A DNA stretch of 64,000 bases from Raillietiella orientalis (Eukaryota): positions 9,610,001 to 9,674,000 of the forward strand of contig JAYWIR010000001.1 in assembly GCA_036172245.1 (NCBI GenBank). The letters are read 5' to 3'. Both the position numbers and the translations under genes were made by a program. Positions 11,088 to 22,723 of this stretch are shown here, in pieces (positions within the stretch are counted from its first letter, which is position 1; each line of letters opens with the position of its first letter). A model generated the notes under the pieces. That model worked only from the letters and a program-made list of their open reading frames with translations, was not told where the DNA came from and made no database searches.

Positions 11088-13849
11088 AGGGGAACCAATG
11101 AGGTGAACGGAACTGCACTGCATAACGATGAGGTCACATCGAGCGCAGGCAGTTAATGCCGGGAGAGAATCCATATTTCATGAGATGACGTACCGCAGAA
11201 AAAAAAAAGGGCAGGGGGAGGGGGAGCCTGCAGGAGCGCGGACACTCTGGGAAGAAATGAACCCGAATGAGCTCAAAGGATAACGGAGGGGTTGCTCCTT
11301 CCTGGAGCAGTTGGCCGGATCTCCCGCAATGAAGATCGGCGCTCAGGCGGTCACCGTGCAGAAGAGCTGCATGGCCGCTAACCGCGAAGCCACGAAAGGG
11401 GGGAAGGAGGGAAGGAAGTGGTTGCCTTACCCGTCCCTTCCAAGTTCATTTCTTACTCCCCCCTCTGCTCCATTCCTCACGCATACGTTGCTTCAGCGTG
11501 CGCCACCGATGCTTCTGGAAGTTCCACTTCCGGGAGCTTCATTTTCCTCTCCTGAAGTATTAAAAGTGCCGCTAGCTGTGACCACTCGAGAGCACATTGT
11601 CCCTGATATAGAAAACAAAAAGAGAGGAATGAGCCCGAAAAGACTCCGGGTTCGATCGCCCGAGGCGCTCGAAGTTGGCGTGTTTTCTCCCTCCTTTTCC
11701 ATCCTGGGATGAAACACTTTGCTGCAGGTGAGCAGGCGACTTGCGAACACGGGAAGCAGCGACCCCATTCGAGGTCTCAGGAGTCCCCTGCCCGTTTCTA
11801 ATGTCGGAATTCCCTGTGCGTCCGTCTGTTTCGCTGCCTATCTTCCTGGTCCGTTCCTGATTCCCGTCGTAGAACCTTATCTTGAAGTGTTCCGCGCCTC
11901 CAAAGGGTGCATGAAACCTGCTGCTTTCCTAGAAGAGCGAGACCTGCACTCCCCCATCTCCTCTGAAGTCCTCTGCGACTCCTTCCTCACGAGAATGGGA
12001 TCCAGTTCGGAGGCGGCGTCAGAGTCGCCACGAGATGGGGCTCGTAAGGAGTAGGGGACCCTCACGCATCCACTGGAGACATGAAAGTCACACGGAAACC
12101 AATTCGGAAAAGAGGAGGTTCCTTTCCTCTCTTCGTACAGAGGGGATCCACGTTGCCTAAAGAGAAGGGGGATAGCAGACTGAGGCCCATCTTACCGGCC
12201 AAAGAGGAACGGAGGTGGAAGGCCTAGCAGCTCACGGAAGACCGGGCTTGCTATTGCGGGTCACTGGAGAAGTCTCCGCGCTTCGTGTACGGCAAAGGTG
12301 AATCTCACCTATCCCTCCCTCGCCTTCCCGGGAGGTGGGGACGCCTGTACTTTGAGGAAAGACCTCCGGCTGCTGCACTGGCTCGAAGACCAGAGGGGAC
12401 GCGGGCCGTCCACTACCATCACCCTGTCCTTTTTTCGGACGGAAGTCCATTGTGATGGACGTAGCAGTGTATGTGGCTGAAACAAAGATTCGCCTCCTGA
12501 TGCCTACCGCCGGGGAAGGGGGATTACGGAGTTCCTCTGAGGAACTGCGAAAGGGTCAAAGAAAGGGACTCCAGGAGCACCAGATTTTCCCCAGACCTGG
12601 AAGCGCGGCTCATTACGATTCCGAATCAGGGTTTTTCTATGCCTGGAGAAGGTCTCTGACCCGCCGGAGGGGAGGCCTCAATGCGTGGGAAAGAAGGGAA
12701 ACAACCCCCCCCCTTCTCCTTTAGGACTCAAGCCAGAGTTTCGGTCAAAGCCCGAGGGAGTCCTTGTCGAATATGACCCGCTCAAGAAAACGGACGGATG
12801 GCGGCGAGGTGCGTGTCCAGCAGCAGAGCATCTGCTCTTCCGACTCGCAGGCTCCCTTCTCCCTCCCTGCTTGCCTACTCGCTCGGAGGATTTCCGTATG
12901 TCAGGATCAGGTGTGTTCCTGCTGCCCTCAGCCGCAGGCGCAGGAGTGTCTGCGGACGTGCCCGACAATCCACCCTCAGAACGCGTGCGCTTCCCTAAGC
13001 TCTCGGGGCCACTCAGCAGGTGCAGGAAATCGAGATGTGAGAGGGGGGGGAAGGAAAAAGCGTGGAACCTTCAAGGATGAGGGAGTCCTTCAGCTTGTTC
13101 AGTTGCCGCGGGCGGCTTGACCTCCCAGCGCCTTTGACACTGGAAGTCAAGATGCGGGAGCGCTACCGAAACGGTGAACTGGAACGCAGCGTCAGTCTGG
13201 GAGCGAAAGGGCGCGCGGCGCAGAAGCGCCAAGACGAACGAGCAGAACGACTGACTTCTCTCTCTCAGACACCCTGGGGCGCCCGGCGTTCCTTCGCCGA
13301 GATGCGAGCGTGTTGGTGCCATCTGGCCCTGCTTCTGATGGCTGCTGCGAGCGGAGTAATGCCAAGGAACCCTCGCCCTCTCCCCGTCTTCTCCCCGCCG
13401 TATGAGCTTAAGCAAGCCGAGGGACAGGTTGGTCCACCCGTCCCCTCGCTTGAGGTCGGCCCGCGCGCCGCCCGTGCGAGGCGTCCTCGATCTGCTCCTC
13501 TCCTCTCTCTTCTCCCCGACCGCGACTCCTCAATCTCCTTCTCTAGCAGGGCATCTGGTCTCTCGTGACCACCGGCGCGCTCATCTGTAAGGAGAGGCGC
13601 TGACTTTCCGACAGGTGGACGAACCGCCCGAGCGGGTGGACTGACCAACAGTCCGCAACGGCGGTCGTCCCAGATCTCCTCTGGTAGTCTGATGAAGCCG
13701 GAAAGGGGGTGGAACTGTGGATGAGGCAGATGGACCCGGGTAACGTTCGCCTTGCTTTCCTCCCTCGAGCGAGCTCGGGCAATTCGCCCTTTCGGGAGGT
13801 CGAAGGTCGGAGTTCTTGCCCACCAGCAATCCTCAGGCTTCCCTGCAGA

Positions 13850-14480
13850 GAGCACCCCCACGCTCCGTCCCGTGATGGCAGAAATGGAGCTACTGACTTC
13901 CCTGTGGCTCAAAGTCCTCCAGACTGCCGGAACGCGCGCCCCCCAATGACGGTTCGCGTACTCCTCCGGGAGCCAACGTGCTGCTTTGCGACGGGGTCCC
14001 TACGGAAGGGGCAGTCTGGTGCACGTGCGCGGGAGGCCGGAACACAGGGCTGCGGTGAGCTCCCGGGGGACAACGGCGGGCATGGCCAGATGGTCGTAGG
14101 CACCTCAGCTGCGTGGCTGAGCGGGACAAAGGAAAATGCCGCTCTTTCTGTTCGCTCCCAGGCGTTGTTCCCCATCAGGAGGTGTACTGCGTCCAGAAAC
14201 CCGACCGAGAGCGCTTGGACATCCTTGGAATCCAGTCCTGGCGGGACGATCGTTTGGCGTGCCCAAGGAAAGTCGAGCTGCCTGCCAATCTCGGACCACG
14301 GAGCTGGAGGGCAGCGACACCGCCTGACCGCAATCTCGCATTATCAGGCCCTCCCCTGCTCTGCCGACCAGGATGAGGGACTTTGCGCTGATGCAACCCC
14401 ATCGTCCCACCCTCTCACCCCACAGCTGAATAAACGAGACGCCATCTTGCTTTCGGATCCGTACACGCCCACCGTGTAGA
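13850..14480 (+). mobile_element. Heavily decayed LINE APE-endonuclease fragment
   Basis: Frameshifted motifs in the expected order: MVVG(D)LSCV (~GDFNCV, ~14095), RERLDIL (~SRLD), CLPISDH (SDH, ~14295), QLNKRDAILLSDPY (~WKLNxxLLxD). Confidence 0.4.
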
Positions 14481-14802
14481 CGGCGGAAAGCGGTGTTGAT
14501 GTGTGTTGGTGAGGAAATGAGCAAGTGGCCGTCCTGACAAGCAGACCCATTGTGCCCCAGTCTCGATCCGCGCTCGGTGGACCTGAGACGCCTCGGGGGG
14601 CGAAGAGGTTGCTCTGCAGGCGCTCCAGTATGAGAACGAGGCTTGCAGGAGTCCAAGCAGCATTCTTTGATCCCTCCGTTAAGCCTGCCTTTTGACTTCG
14701 AGTCCGGAATCCCCGAGCTTCTTCTTCCCGGGGGAGATGTTCCGGAAGCAGGATCCATTCATCCCGTTCGAGCACTAGGACGCCTCGGAAGACCTCTTCT
14801 CA

Positions 14803-14950
14803 CTTCCCCTGACCTCCTTATTCTCTAGCGATCCTCTTTTAACTTCCCCTGACCCTACCTCCTACGAATCCTTTTCCAATTTCCCTGACCTCCTTATTCC
14901 CTGCGAATCCTCTTGTTCTTCCCTATTCTCTCCCTCCCCTGACTCCTTCC
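14803..14950. repeat. Pyrimidine-rich minisatellite, 3-4 units of ~38-40 bp
   Basis: Unit approximately (C/T)TTCCC(C)TGACCTCCTTATTC...GAATCCTCTT, starting at ~14803, 14843 and 14880, with a partial fourth unit. Confidence 0.65.
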
Positions 14951-16457
14951 TCTGTCTCTACCCGGGCAAGCAGGTGGAGGAGCACCCATCCGCAGATCCG
15001 TGGAAGATCTTGAGACTTGATCTTAAGGAGTCACTTTTTTTTTCGACGGACTCCCAAGCCTCGCCCAGCGTGGGCACCACGAAGCCGTTACCTGCCATCA
15101 GCTGTTTCCGCCCACACGAAGGAGATTTATGGGCGACATCACGAGCGCACTACCACGGTTGCCCACCGGCGAGGCGGCGAGTCCTCCGTTAGAGATGACT
15201 CCTCCATGATTGATCCTCCCTGAAGGCTCCACAACCGGACGTGAAGGAGGAAATGCGGACTCGCCGCATTTGGCCGCGAACGCACCCGAGCCACGGCGGA
15301 GCATCGCACGAGGCCGGAGGAAAGCAAGGGGCTTCCTCCTTTTAGGTGCACACTTGTAGGGAGCTTGGGGAGAGGGGGAGAGGGAATTCGGAACCTGTTC
15401 GAGACGAATCGGTCCCGAATTCTCGGCTCGCGATCGCCCTCCCGTCGAAGCGGAACATCTCCCCATGCAGGTTGCCAAGCACCCAACCCTTCCGTTATTT
15501 GCCCTCTTTTTTTGGTCGCCGAGAGCACTTCCGGTTTCGAGGGTGCGGGGATATTGCACGCAGCAACGAACCTTACATCTCGGTCCACGAGAGACATCTT
15601 CCTGTGCCACCAGATCTGTAGCAGACGGGGTCATCGTGAAAAGAACCTTCAAGCATCTTCTCTTCCCTCGCTTCTGGGAGCTGACCCGGCAGCGAGGGGG
15701 TCACGGAAGCAGGAACCGGGATGGCGACTCTCGTTTCTTCGGCAGAAGGACAGAAGACGCCACTCCGGCGGGGAAGGCAAAGAGGGGAAATCCCTTCAAG
15801 GGAAAGTTGATCACCCGTTGGCGCGTCCGGGGGTTATTCGTTGACCCGCACAAGCAAGTTGGGAACGCGGTCCCCAACAGAAAGCAAAGGAGAGTTCGGG
15901 AGAGGAGGGATCGCCGACAGGCAGAGCGGTTGCTAAGAAAGTCCAGAGGGGAGGGAAAAGGGGAGGTGGATAAGGGGAGGGTGTGAACAGAGGGTCCCTG
16001 GCGGTCCCTCTTGCTTGGAACCGGCGCGGAATGCCAACCTCCCCCGACGCGACTTCGCGCAGGCGAGGCCGCCTCGCGGGCGACTTCCCCACTCTGCGTC
16101 CGGGTCGCGGCTCGCCGCGACGTATCACGGTGCCGGGCGGCACCCAGCCGCCGCGCGAGAGGAGCCGCTGCAGCAGGTTCTCGGCGGGGGGGGTCGTCAG
16201 AGGAGGCCTCCGAAGGAACGGACGTCGTGGGGTGGAGTCCCAGGACGAGTCTGGAGCTCCGCAACTGTGCAGCCACCACCGTCTCTGGGACGACCTCGTT
16301 CCTGGTCACGGGGTCCCGAAGGCGGAGCGTCCGTCTCCCGCCTTCCGCGGTGCGGAGCTGGAATCCCGCGAAGTCCCGGCGGACGGGCCGCGAGTTTGAA
16401 ATCGCCGCACCTCGCGCGCGATGTGCTCCCGGCAGGAGGAAGCAGCGACGCTGCTAC

Positions 16458-16513
16458 TGACGGTGGTGACGATGATGATGATGACGATGACGGCGATGAC
16501 GGTGATAATGATA
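16458..16513. repeat. Imperfect (GAT/GAC/GGT)n trinucleotide microsatellite
   Basis: TGACGGTGGTGACGATGATGATGATGACGATGACGGCGATGACGGTGATAATGATA. Confidence 0.8.
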
Positions 16514-17974
16514 CTAAGGAGCACACTTGGATCCTCGCAGCTTGCCCTCCCGCGCGACTTCCCGGCTCTCGAGGCGATGGAGAGGGATGGGGGTGCGTTC
16601 TCTTTCCCCATCCCCCATTTCCTTTCCGAGCATCCCACTGAGCGCTTCTCCCTGACCTTGGGGAGCCTCCCTCACCAGGGAGAGGCCCGGGACTCCTCCC
16701 GGGTGCGCGCGCGTCGCGCCGCAGCTGCACGGGGAAGGCGTCACCTTCCGCACGAGGGAAACCGCGGGCTCTTCCTGCCGCGCGGCGCCAAGCGGCGGTG
16801 CCGTCAACCGCCCGCGAAATTTCATTAAGTGAAGGCTCGGATTCCTTCTGCCTCTCCCGCGATGGGCCTCCTTCTCTTCCTGAGAAATCTCCCGCTTCCG
16901 GGGAAACCATCTTCGAGTTCGTCCCGTCTCCCCTGCTGCAGGAAAGCCGCCGCGATCCCCGGGCGCCTCCCGGAAAGGCACCATCTTTCCCAGGAGGGAC
17001 GGCCTCTCCCGCCACCATCTGGAAGCCGATCTGGAAAGGCGCAGGAAAACCACCCCACGTCTGCTTTCGATCCGCGGGGGGATCGATTGGGGAGCTTCAT
17101 GTGCGGCCCGTCCGGCCCGCCGTGCGGTCGCTCCCCGCTTGCAGATGCTCTGGTCCCTCTCCAGAGTTTTTCTCGTCCGCCCCCGGAAACTTGCGAGGTA
17201 GGCGGACCGAAGGGAGAAGGTCCAGATCGGCGGCAACGCGATGGCGCGGTTGCCTCAAAAACCGTTGTTCTCCTCGGCGCCGCGGAGCAGCGCTGTCCTT
17301 CCAACGAGCCGGATGGACGGGATCGAGGCAGGAAGTTCGATCGCGCGCTCCAGACCGCCTCAGACCGCCTAACCGTCTGGGCGCATCCGCCGCCGAGGCC
17401 TTTCCCGGAGCACAAAGGAAGCTGCGCCCGAAATCAATCGGATTCCCCCCCCCCTTCCTCCCCCCCTTCTACGGAGGTGCTGCTGTGTCCTTCCCTGCTT
17501 CCCGGCGGGGAACTCCGGCTTACCTCCGGAGAGCCGCCGCCACGTTACAGGTTGGCGGGGCGCGCGTGCGCTCCCCTCTCACCTTCCCCACTCCACCCCC
17601 CGCGAGGGCGCGACCCGCCCCATCCCTCGCAACCATGCCGCACGCTTCTCGGCTTCGGCCGTGCCGTCAAGGGGAAAAGAGGGAACTCCCGCTTCCCCTG
17701 TTAGTCCCGGGTTCGCCTCGGGGGACGGCGCCGTTCCACCTGGTCCGAGGAGACGAACTGGAAACGTTCGCAGTCCATAGACAGGCAAGGGATGATTCTC
17801 TGGACCAGTCAGTGGGCAGTCGGAGGGGAGTCCTCCGGAAAAGCGGGGGGCAAGGGGCCTCCAGAGACCGTCCGGGAGGGGGAGGGGGGAAGAAAGCACG
17901 TTCAGCCGAGGCGTCCGGAGAGGTCTGCTCTCCCTACTGCGCAAAGAGGGAGAACTTCCCGGACAAACAAGCAC

Positions 17975-18290
17975 AGGGAGCTGCTCCCTTCGGGAAGCGC
18001 CCTTCAGAAAAAATGGGAAGCTTCCCTTCGTGGTTCCCTTCAGAGGAGGAGGAAACGAGCAACGGTTCCCTTGCGGGTTCGCTCTGGGAAAAAAAGGATT
18101 CTTCCTCCGCAGGCAACCAGGGAGAGGGTTCCCTGAGGGGTCCCCTCCCAAGGGTAAGAGAAGAACAGATTCCTTCCTCCGGACCCCTTCCTGGATTCGT
18201 AGGATCAACGCGCACACCCTCGGCTGGTGTGGACAGAGTCAAAGGTGGACAGCGTCCTCCTTACGGAAACGGACGGTTCTTGAGCACCTA
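17975..18290 (+). mobile_element. SINE-like repeat family A, 3' half
   Basis: GCTGCTCCCTTCGGGAAGCG, repeated GGTTCCCT units, CCCTTCCTGGATTC and tail AACGCGCAC...GGTGTGGACAGAGTCAAAG...GGTTCTTGAGCAC, as in other copies. Confidence 0.7.
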
Positions 18291-18949
18291 TCACGAGGAA
18301 AAGAGCCACTTCTCTCCCGGGGCACCGTCGCTCATCAGCGGAAAGACAACATGAGACCCGCCGATTGCGGGACCGGCATGTGACTGAAGGTCGTGGGGCC
18401 ACTCGTGCGTGCCTCCCGTGTGCCAGCTGTGGAGGATGCAGTGGAAGGCGCAAGGCGTGAGTGGACCCACTCGGCCACATTCTGAGGATCGCCCATCCGC
18501 AGGCACCCTCTGAACTCGCTGAGGCGCGGTAGACGGTGGTGCGCGCAGAAGCGCTAACCGGAAAAGATGGGAGCTGGTGGTCCTCAGGTGTCCCGCGTCC
18601 GGCAGCGGCACCATTTGGCTCTCCAAGGAAAAAGATCGGTTTTAATTCCTAGATGCTGCTTACCTGTCCGAAAGCTGCCCAGTAACCTCGAGGCAGGCCA
18701 GGCAGCAGGGAGGAAAGCAAACGCGGGCAGCTATCGCCCGTCTAGAGGAGTCGCTCGGGAACGGTTGGGGTCATGGACTCGTGGAGCGGTGTTGAGAGAT
18801 CCCAAGGCCTCTGGACCGGGTGGAACATCATTGCGCTTCCATGTTTACTGTCACTGCTCCATCTTTGGGGGCACCATGTGTGAAGAAGAAACCTCAACTA
18901 GGCAGCTCCCCTGGTCAGTAGAAAGAACAGACGACAACGCCGAAGGAGG

Positions 18950-20180
18950 CGAATCTTGCAGGGGTCGCAGTGTCACCCCCGTGTCCACCCAGACCTTGAC
19001 GAGGACGTCCAGGTGGCTTCACGGCGAGGAACAAAATCCCCCTCGTTTGTGAAGTAAGGCACCTCGTGCCATCGGCTTTTCTCCCGGACCAATCCTGATC
19101 TCATTCTCTGCTTGGACAAACTCCCCAGTGGGTATTTTGGATGGCACTAGCAAACTGCTTCGTAGGTCGCATAACGCGGCCGCTGAAGGTGGCATGCAAC
19201 CGCTCCCACATTTGTTTCGAGAAAAGGATGTGGGTTCCCCCTACAGCGTGGGAGATGATGGATGGCCAGGCAGCAGGGGCTACCAAGCCGGTTGCACCGA
19301 GGCAGACGACGCGGTTGACGACCAGACCACGTCCCACCCAAAACTACTTTCAGAGGGGAGGCCGCAAAGATGGATGGATCCTCCTGGAATTCGTCAGGGA
19401 CGTTTCCAGATTGCGTGATTCGTATCCCTCACCAGAGCTATTAAAAAGCACTGCCATCTGGTGAGTTGGGAAACCACTTTAGGCAATGCCCGAACATCAC
19501 ACTGCAAGCCCAAGGAATGAACGCATTGAGGGACCTTGGAAATTCCCCGCACGTACCTCTGGGATGCCTAGGGATGTAACAGAGATGGATGCACATTGGC
19601 GAGAGTTCCTACTCCCCACTGATGCACCCTTAAGGAGTCTACCAGGAAGAACGTTTTTGCCTTGACTGGCCACCCAGTCGGCATCTTGCTGATCACCTTG
19701 TGCCACGAGCAGCAACGGCAGCAGCCAGTGCGGAACTCCCATTCCTCTCTTTCCCTGAAGTGACACCACAGCCTTGCTGCGGACGTTTCCCCTTCCGCTG
19801 AGCCACATAGCGCTGGTAGGGATGTCAAGAGCAGCACTATCCTTCAGGGTGATCGTCTTAACCAGGAGAGGCGCAACGCTCAACCTCCCAAACTGACGTC
19901 CTGATCTCCACCCTCGACTTGGTGCCGACGCCAAGTCGAGGGTGGGATCTATTTTCCAAGTTGCAGGCTGCTCTTTGAAGAAGGAAGGAGGCGTCATTGG
20001 ACAGCTCGGAGCAGGCGCGCGCCTCTACCAGGCGGGTCATCGTGGTCAACCCGTTCTTCGCTCAGAGTGGGTCTGGGCTGCGACCAAAAAGGTTGCGAAA
20101 GAAGGCGCCACAGGGCTAGCAAGGCACACAGTAGCCAGGAAGAAGGTGATAAAAAACAGGTGGAGGCCTTCAGACGTCAT
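18950..20180 (-). mobile_element. Heavily decayed LINE 3' region (post-RT part)
   Basis: WLSGRGNVRSKAVVSLQGKRGMGVP resembles the L1/Tx1 GGLG(V/L)P motif. MWERLH...THWGVCP resembles the lead-in to the zinc finger of the 6623 ORF. Multiple stops. Confidence 0.35.
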
Positions 20181-20519
20181 TGAGCGTGGCAGTCCCTAGT
20201 TGATCACCGCTTGTCGGGCTGCGTCGTTCTTCAAGCCATTTCGTCACGTCAGGAGGTCACCTTCGCCTCGCAGATTGCAGATTTGTATGCGAGGCGAGAC
20301 TGAAGCTATTTCCCGCAAGGGGTGCAGCAAGAAGGAGGAGAGCAGCCCACTCCACGTGATGTGGAAGGAGACCCTGTCTCGCATGAGCTCGTACGCGCAA
20401 GGGCGGCCCAAAGATGGGAGACTGCTGCAGCCACTGCAGAACGGAAGGCGGGGTAAGCTAACCAGCAACTCTATGGCGTGCGGTCCACCCTTCTCCCCGA
20501 CCTGGCGTCAGTCAACCAA

Positions 20520-20930
20520 CAAGTTCCTGCTTCCTTATTCTCTTGGAGGACCAAAAAAATTCCAGGAGCGGTCTCCCTCCTGGAATTTCTTTCACGGAGG
20601 GAGCCTCTCCTTGTTTTTCTCTGACCCGAAGGGACGCTTCCCGATTCCTCTGAAGGGTCGCTCCCTGAAGGGAGCGGCGTGCTCCCTGCGCTCTGGAGAG
20701 GCGACCACCTCGAGGGGGAGTATCAACCAGCTTCATGGTACGGCTCCACTTTCGCCACCGGAGGGGAACCCCGAAGGGCTTTTTCAAGTCCTGGAAAAAC
20801 CCCGGAAGGTCCACTTTCAATCCCGGTCAGTCAACGGGGGCATCAGGTTTCCCCAGTGTCCTTCTCGGAAATTCCGCTCTTCCCCCTGACCTGGTTCTGC
20901 GGGAGGAAAACAAGACCGGGTATTTCGGAT
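20520..20930 (-). mobile_element. SINE-like repeat family A, internal fragment
   Basis: GGGACGCTTCCCGATT, AAGGGAGCGGCG, CTCTGGAGAGG, TATCAACCAGCTTCATGGTACG and CCCGGTCAGTCAACG match 10680-10900 and 27930-28030. Confidence 0.72.
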
Positions 20931-21119
20931 ACCACGCCTCCATCTGAGAATGGTGAAGGGGCATTCAGCACAACCCGTAAGGGAAGCGGAGATGAATATG
21001 CCGATGTTGCCCGTCAATTCTCCGGGGTGGGTCAGCAGGTCAGCGTCCTTGTCGGATTGCTGGGAGCGTGGGGTCGATGGAAGGACGAAGTGGCCCGAGA
21101 TCCTGAATTCCCTCACTAA

Positions 21120-21960
21120 CATCCGGAGAAGACGAGTGCCTGACGGTTGCCTTCTGGACCCGATGCAACCGAGGCATTCGCTGGACATTCCACAGACACG
21201 ACACAGTGGTGCCATCATGCCTTCAGTGGAGAGTACGCCACCAACGATGGACGGAAGGCCGCAACGGAAGGTGAAGACGCCGGAGAGGAGACGAAGAAGT
21301 GAGAAGAGCGTGCGACCACATGAACGATGTTTTCTGACTCAGCTGAACTTCCACTAGATACCGCTGCAGCTCCACGTTGTAAGAAAAGAAGATTGCAAGA
21401 TGGCGTAAACCCGATCCACATGACCGTTCAGATTATACACTTTCCCATCTCGAGAGATTAATCTATCCTTGTCAGCTCGGAAGGGAGGAAGAAGGAACGT
21501 GAAGAAGCAGCGGTTTCTTTTCGATGCTGCCCAGGAAGAAGGCGAGGCCGACTCGCGGTTCGGCCGCTCTCGAGGACTAGGGCCATGCAGAGGGAAACGC
21601 AGCACAAACACATGCGTAAGGAGAAGATGCAGCGATGAGGCGAGAGAGCAGTTGCTCCTTAGTCTGCTACGAGATGCAGAGGATGAGTTGAGAGGCTGCT
21701 GCGAGACAGCGAGGGCCGCTTTCCGGCTCCAGGAACTCTCCACTGCTGGAAGCGCAGACCGCGTGTCGAGTCTGAAGAAGATGCAGGGGATGTGCAGAGA
21801 TACTGGCAGGAGACGACCGTAGAGTCGCCTGAGAAGATACACACGATAAGAGGAGGGAAGGTCTGTGAATTGAACCTCGGCCACATTCTTCCGGCCGACC
21901 GCTGAAGGCATGCGAACTGCCGGAGGATCACGCAAGACATCCAGCGTGACCATACCAGGA
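21120..21960 (-). mobile_element. Heavily decayed non-LTR retrotransposon 3' region
   Basis: YRVYLLRRLYG (~LYxxxIxPxLxYG), RKAALAVSQQP, SLLRLLSG (~LxRLRTGH) and APLCRVCGMSSECLG (C-terminal zinc-finger start), in the expected order. Confidence 0.38.
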
Positions 21961-22087
21961 TCCCCCTGTCTCCCGGGGGGACGAGCCAGAAGCTCGAAGA
22001 TCGAAAGCAGACTAGACGTCTCAGCTGTTCGTTATAGACGGTGAGAAGCTGGTGAAGGGGATGGCGGTGGTTCTCGTGAACAAAGAG

Positions 22088-22470
22088 ATGGCTCATGGCT
22101 GCTTGGGAGCTTTGGAAGTTGGGTCAGCAAAAGCGCCTTTTGCACCCAAAATCGGCCTTCCTCTTGTGTTTGCGGCGTCACGAAGATTTTGTAGGTGGTC
22201 GACATGGCTACGACGACCCACTCGGGCTTCACCACTCTAGCAAGGGTCGAGGGGGTTGCAGCTCGACTTCTTGCGCCGGCGCACGTCGCACCCGAGGGTC
22301 TCAAAGGCCCTCTGTGAAATGTGACGCTCAGCTGGCAAGCGTGTGAGCACCCATGGTGGAGGAAAGGAGAAGGGGAGAAAAGAAATGAGGAGGGGGAGGA
22401 AGGACGGAAGAAAGGAGGAGGAGTAAGGGAGGATAGGGAGGAAGAGAAAGGGAAGAGGGGAAGGAACCGA
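22088..22470. repeat. Dispersed repeat family B, copy 1 (with purine tract 22360-22465)
   Basis: About 270 bp aligns in inverted orientation with 25520-25790 (e.g. CTCAGCTGGCAAGCGTGTGAGCACCCATGGTGGAG vs CTCCACCATGGGTGCGCACAAGCTTGCCAGCTGAG). Confidence 0.85.
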
Positions 22471-22723
22471 TCAGGCGGGAACGATCCCTCCGTCCAAAGA
22501 GGCGGTCCCTCTCACGGATTGAAGCAAAGGCTGCCTTTCGGCGGTACCAAGGGGCTTCTCGGACCTTCTGGTCCTCTTGTCCCGTGTCCATTCAATGTCA
22601 CTTCTTGATGAAGAGTTTCCCTTAGCAACTGTCTGCAAATGCTTCGTTTTGCTTTGCTTTTTTTCCTTTTTCTCTTCGCACAGAAACAGCTGTTTCAGAT
22701 CAGAAGCCTTCAACCCTCGCCCC

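Noticed and set aside
11200..13450. Possible multi-exon gene on the - strand (several donor/acceptor-like sites)
   Set aside because: I could not build a phase-consistent open model or recognise any domain. It may be real but is unsupported without RNA-seq.
14590..14670. WTPASLVLILERLQSNLFAP resembling a ubiquitin-conjugating enzyme segment
   Set aside because: No catalytic HPN...C motif upstream and no exon structure; likely chance.
15811..16638. Possible - strand exon joined across a G8 homopolymer, and a hydrophobic IIITVIAVIVIIIIV stretch
   Set aside because: The hydrophobic run is a translation of the GAT microsatellite; the join needs an assumed indel; no homology recognised.
16798..18354. 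518-aa ORF
   Set aside because: Low-complexity GC-driven composition, and it runs through a SINE copy.
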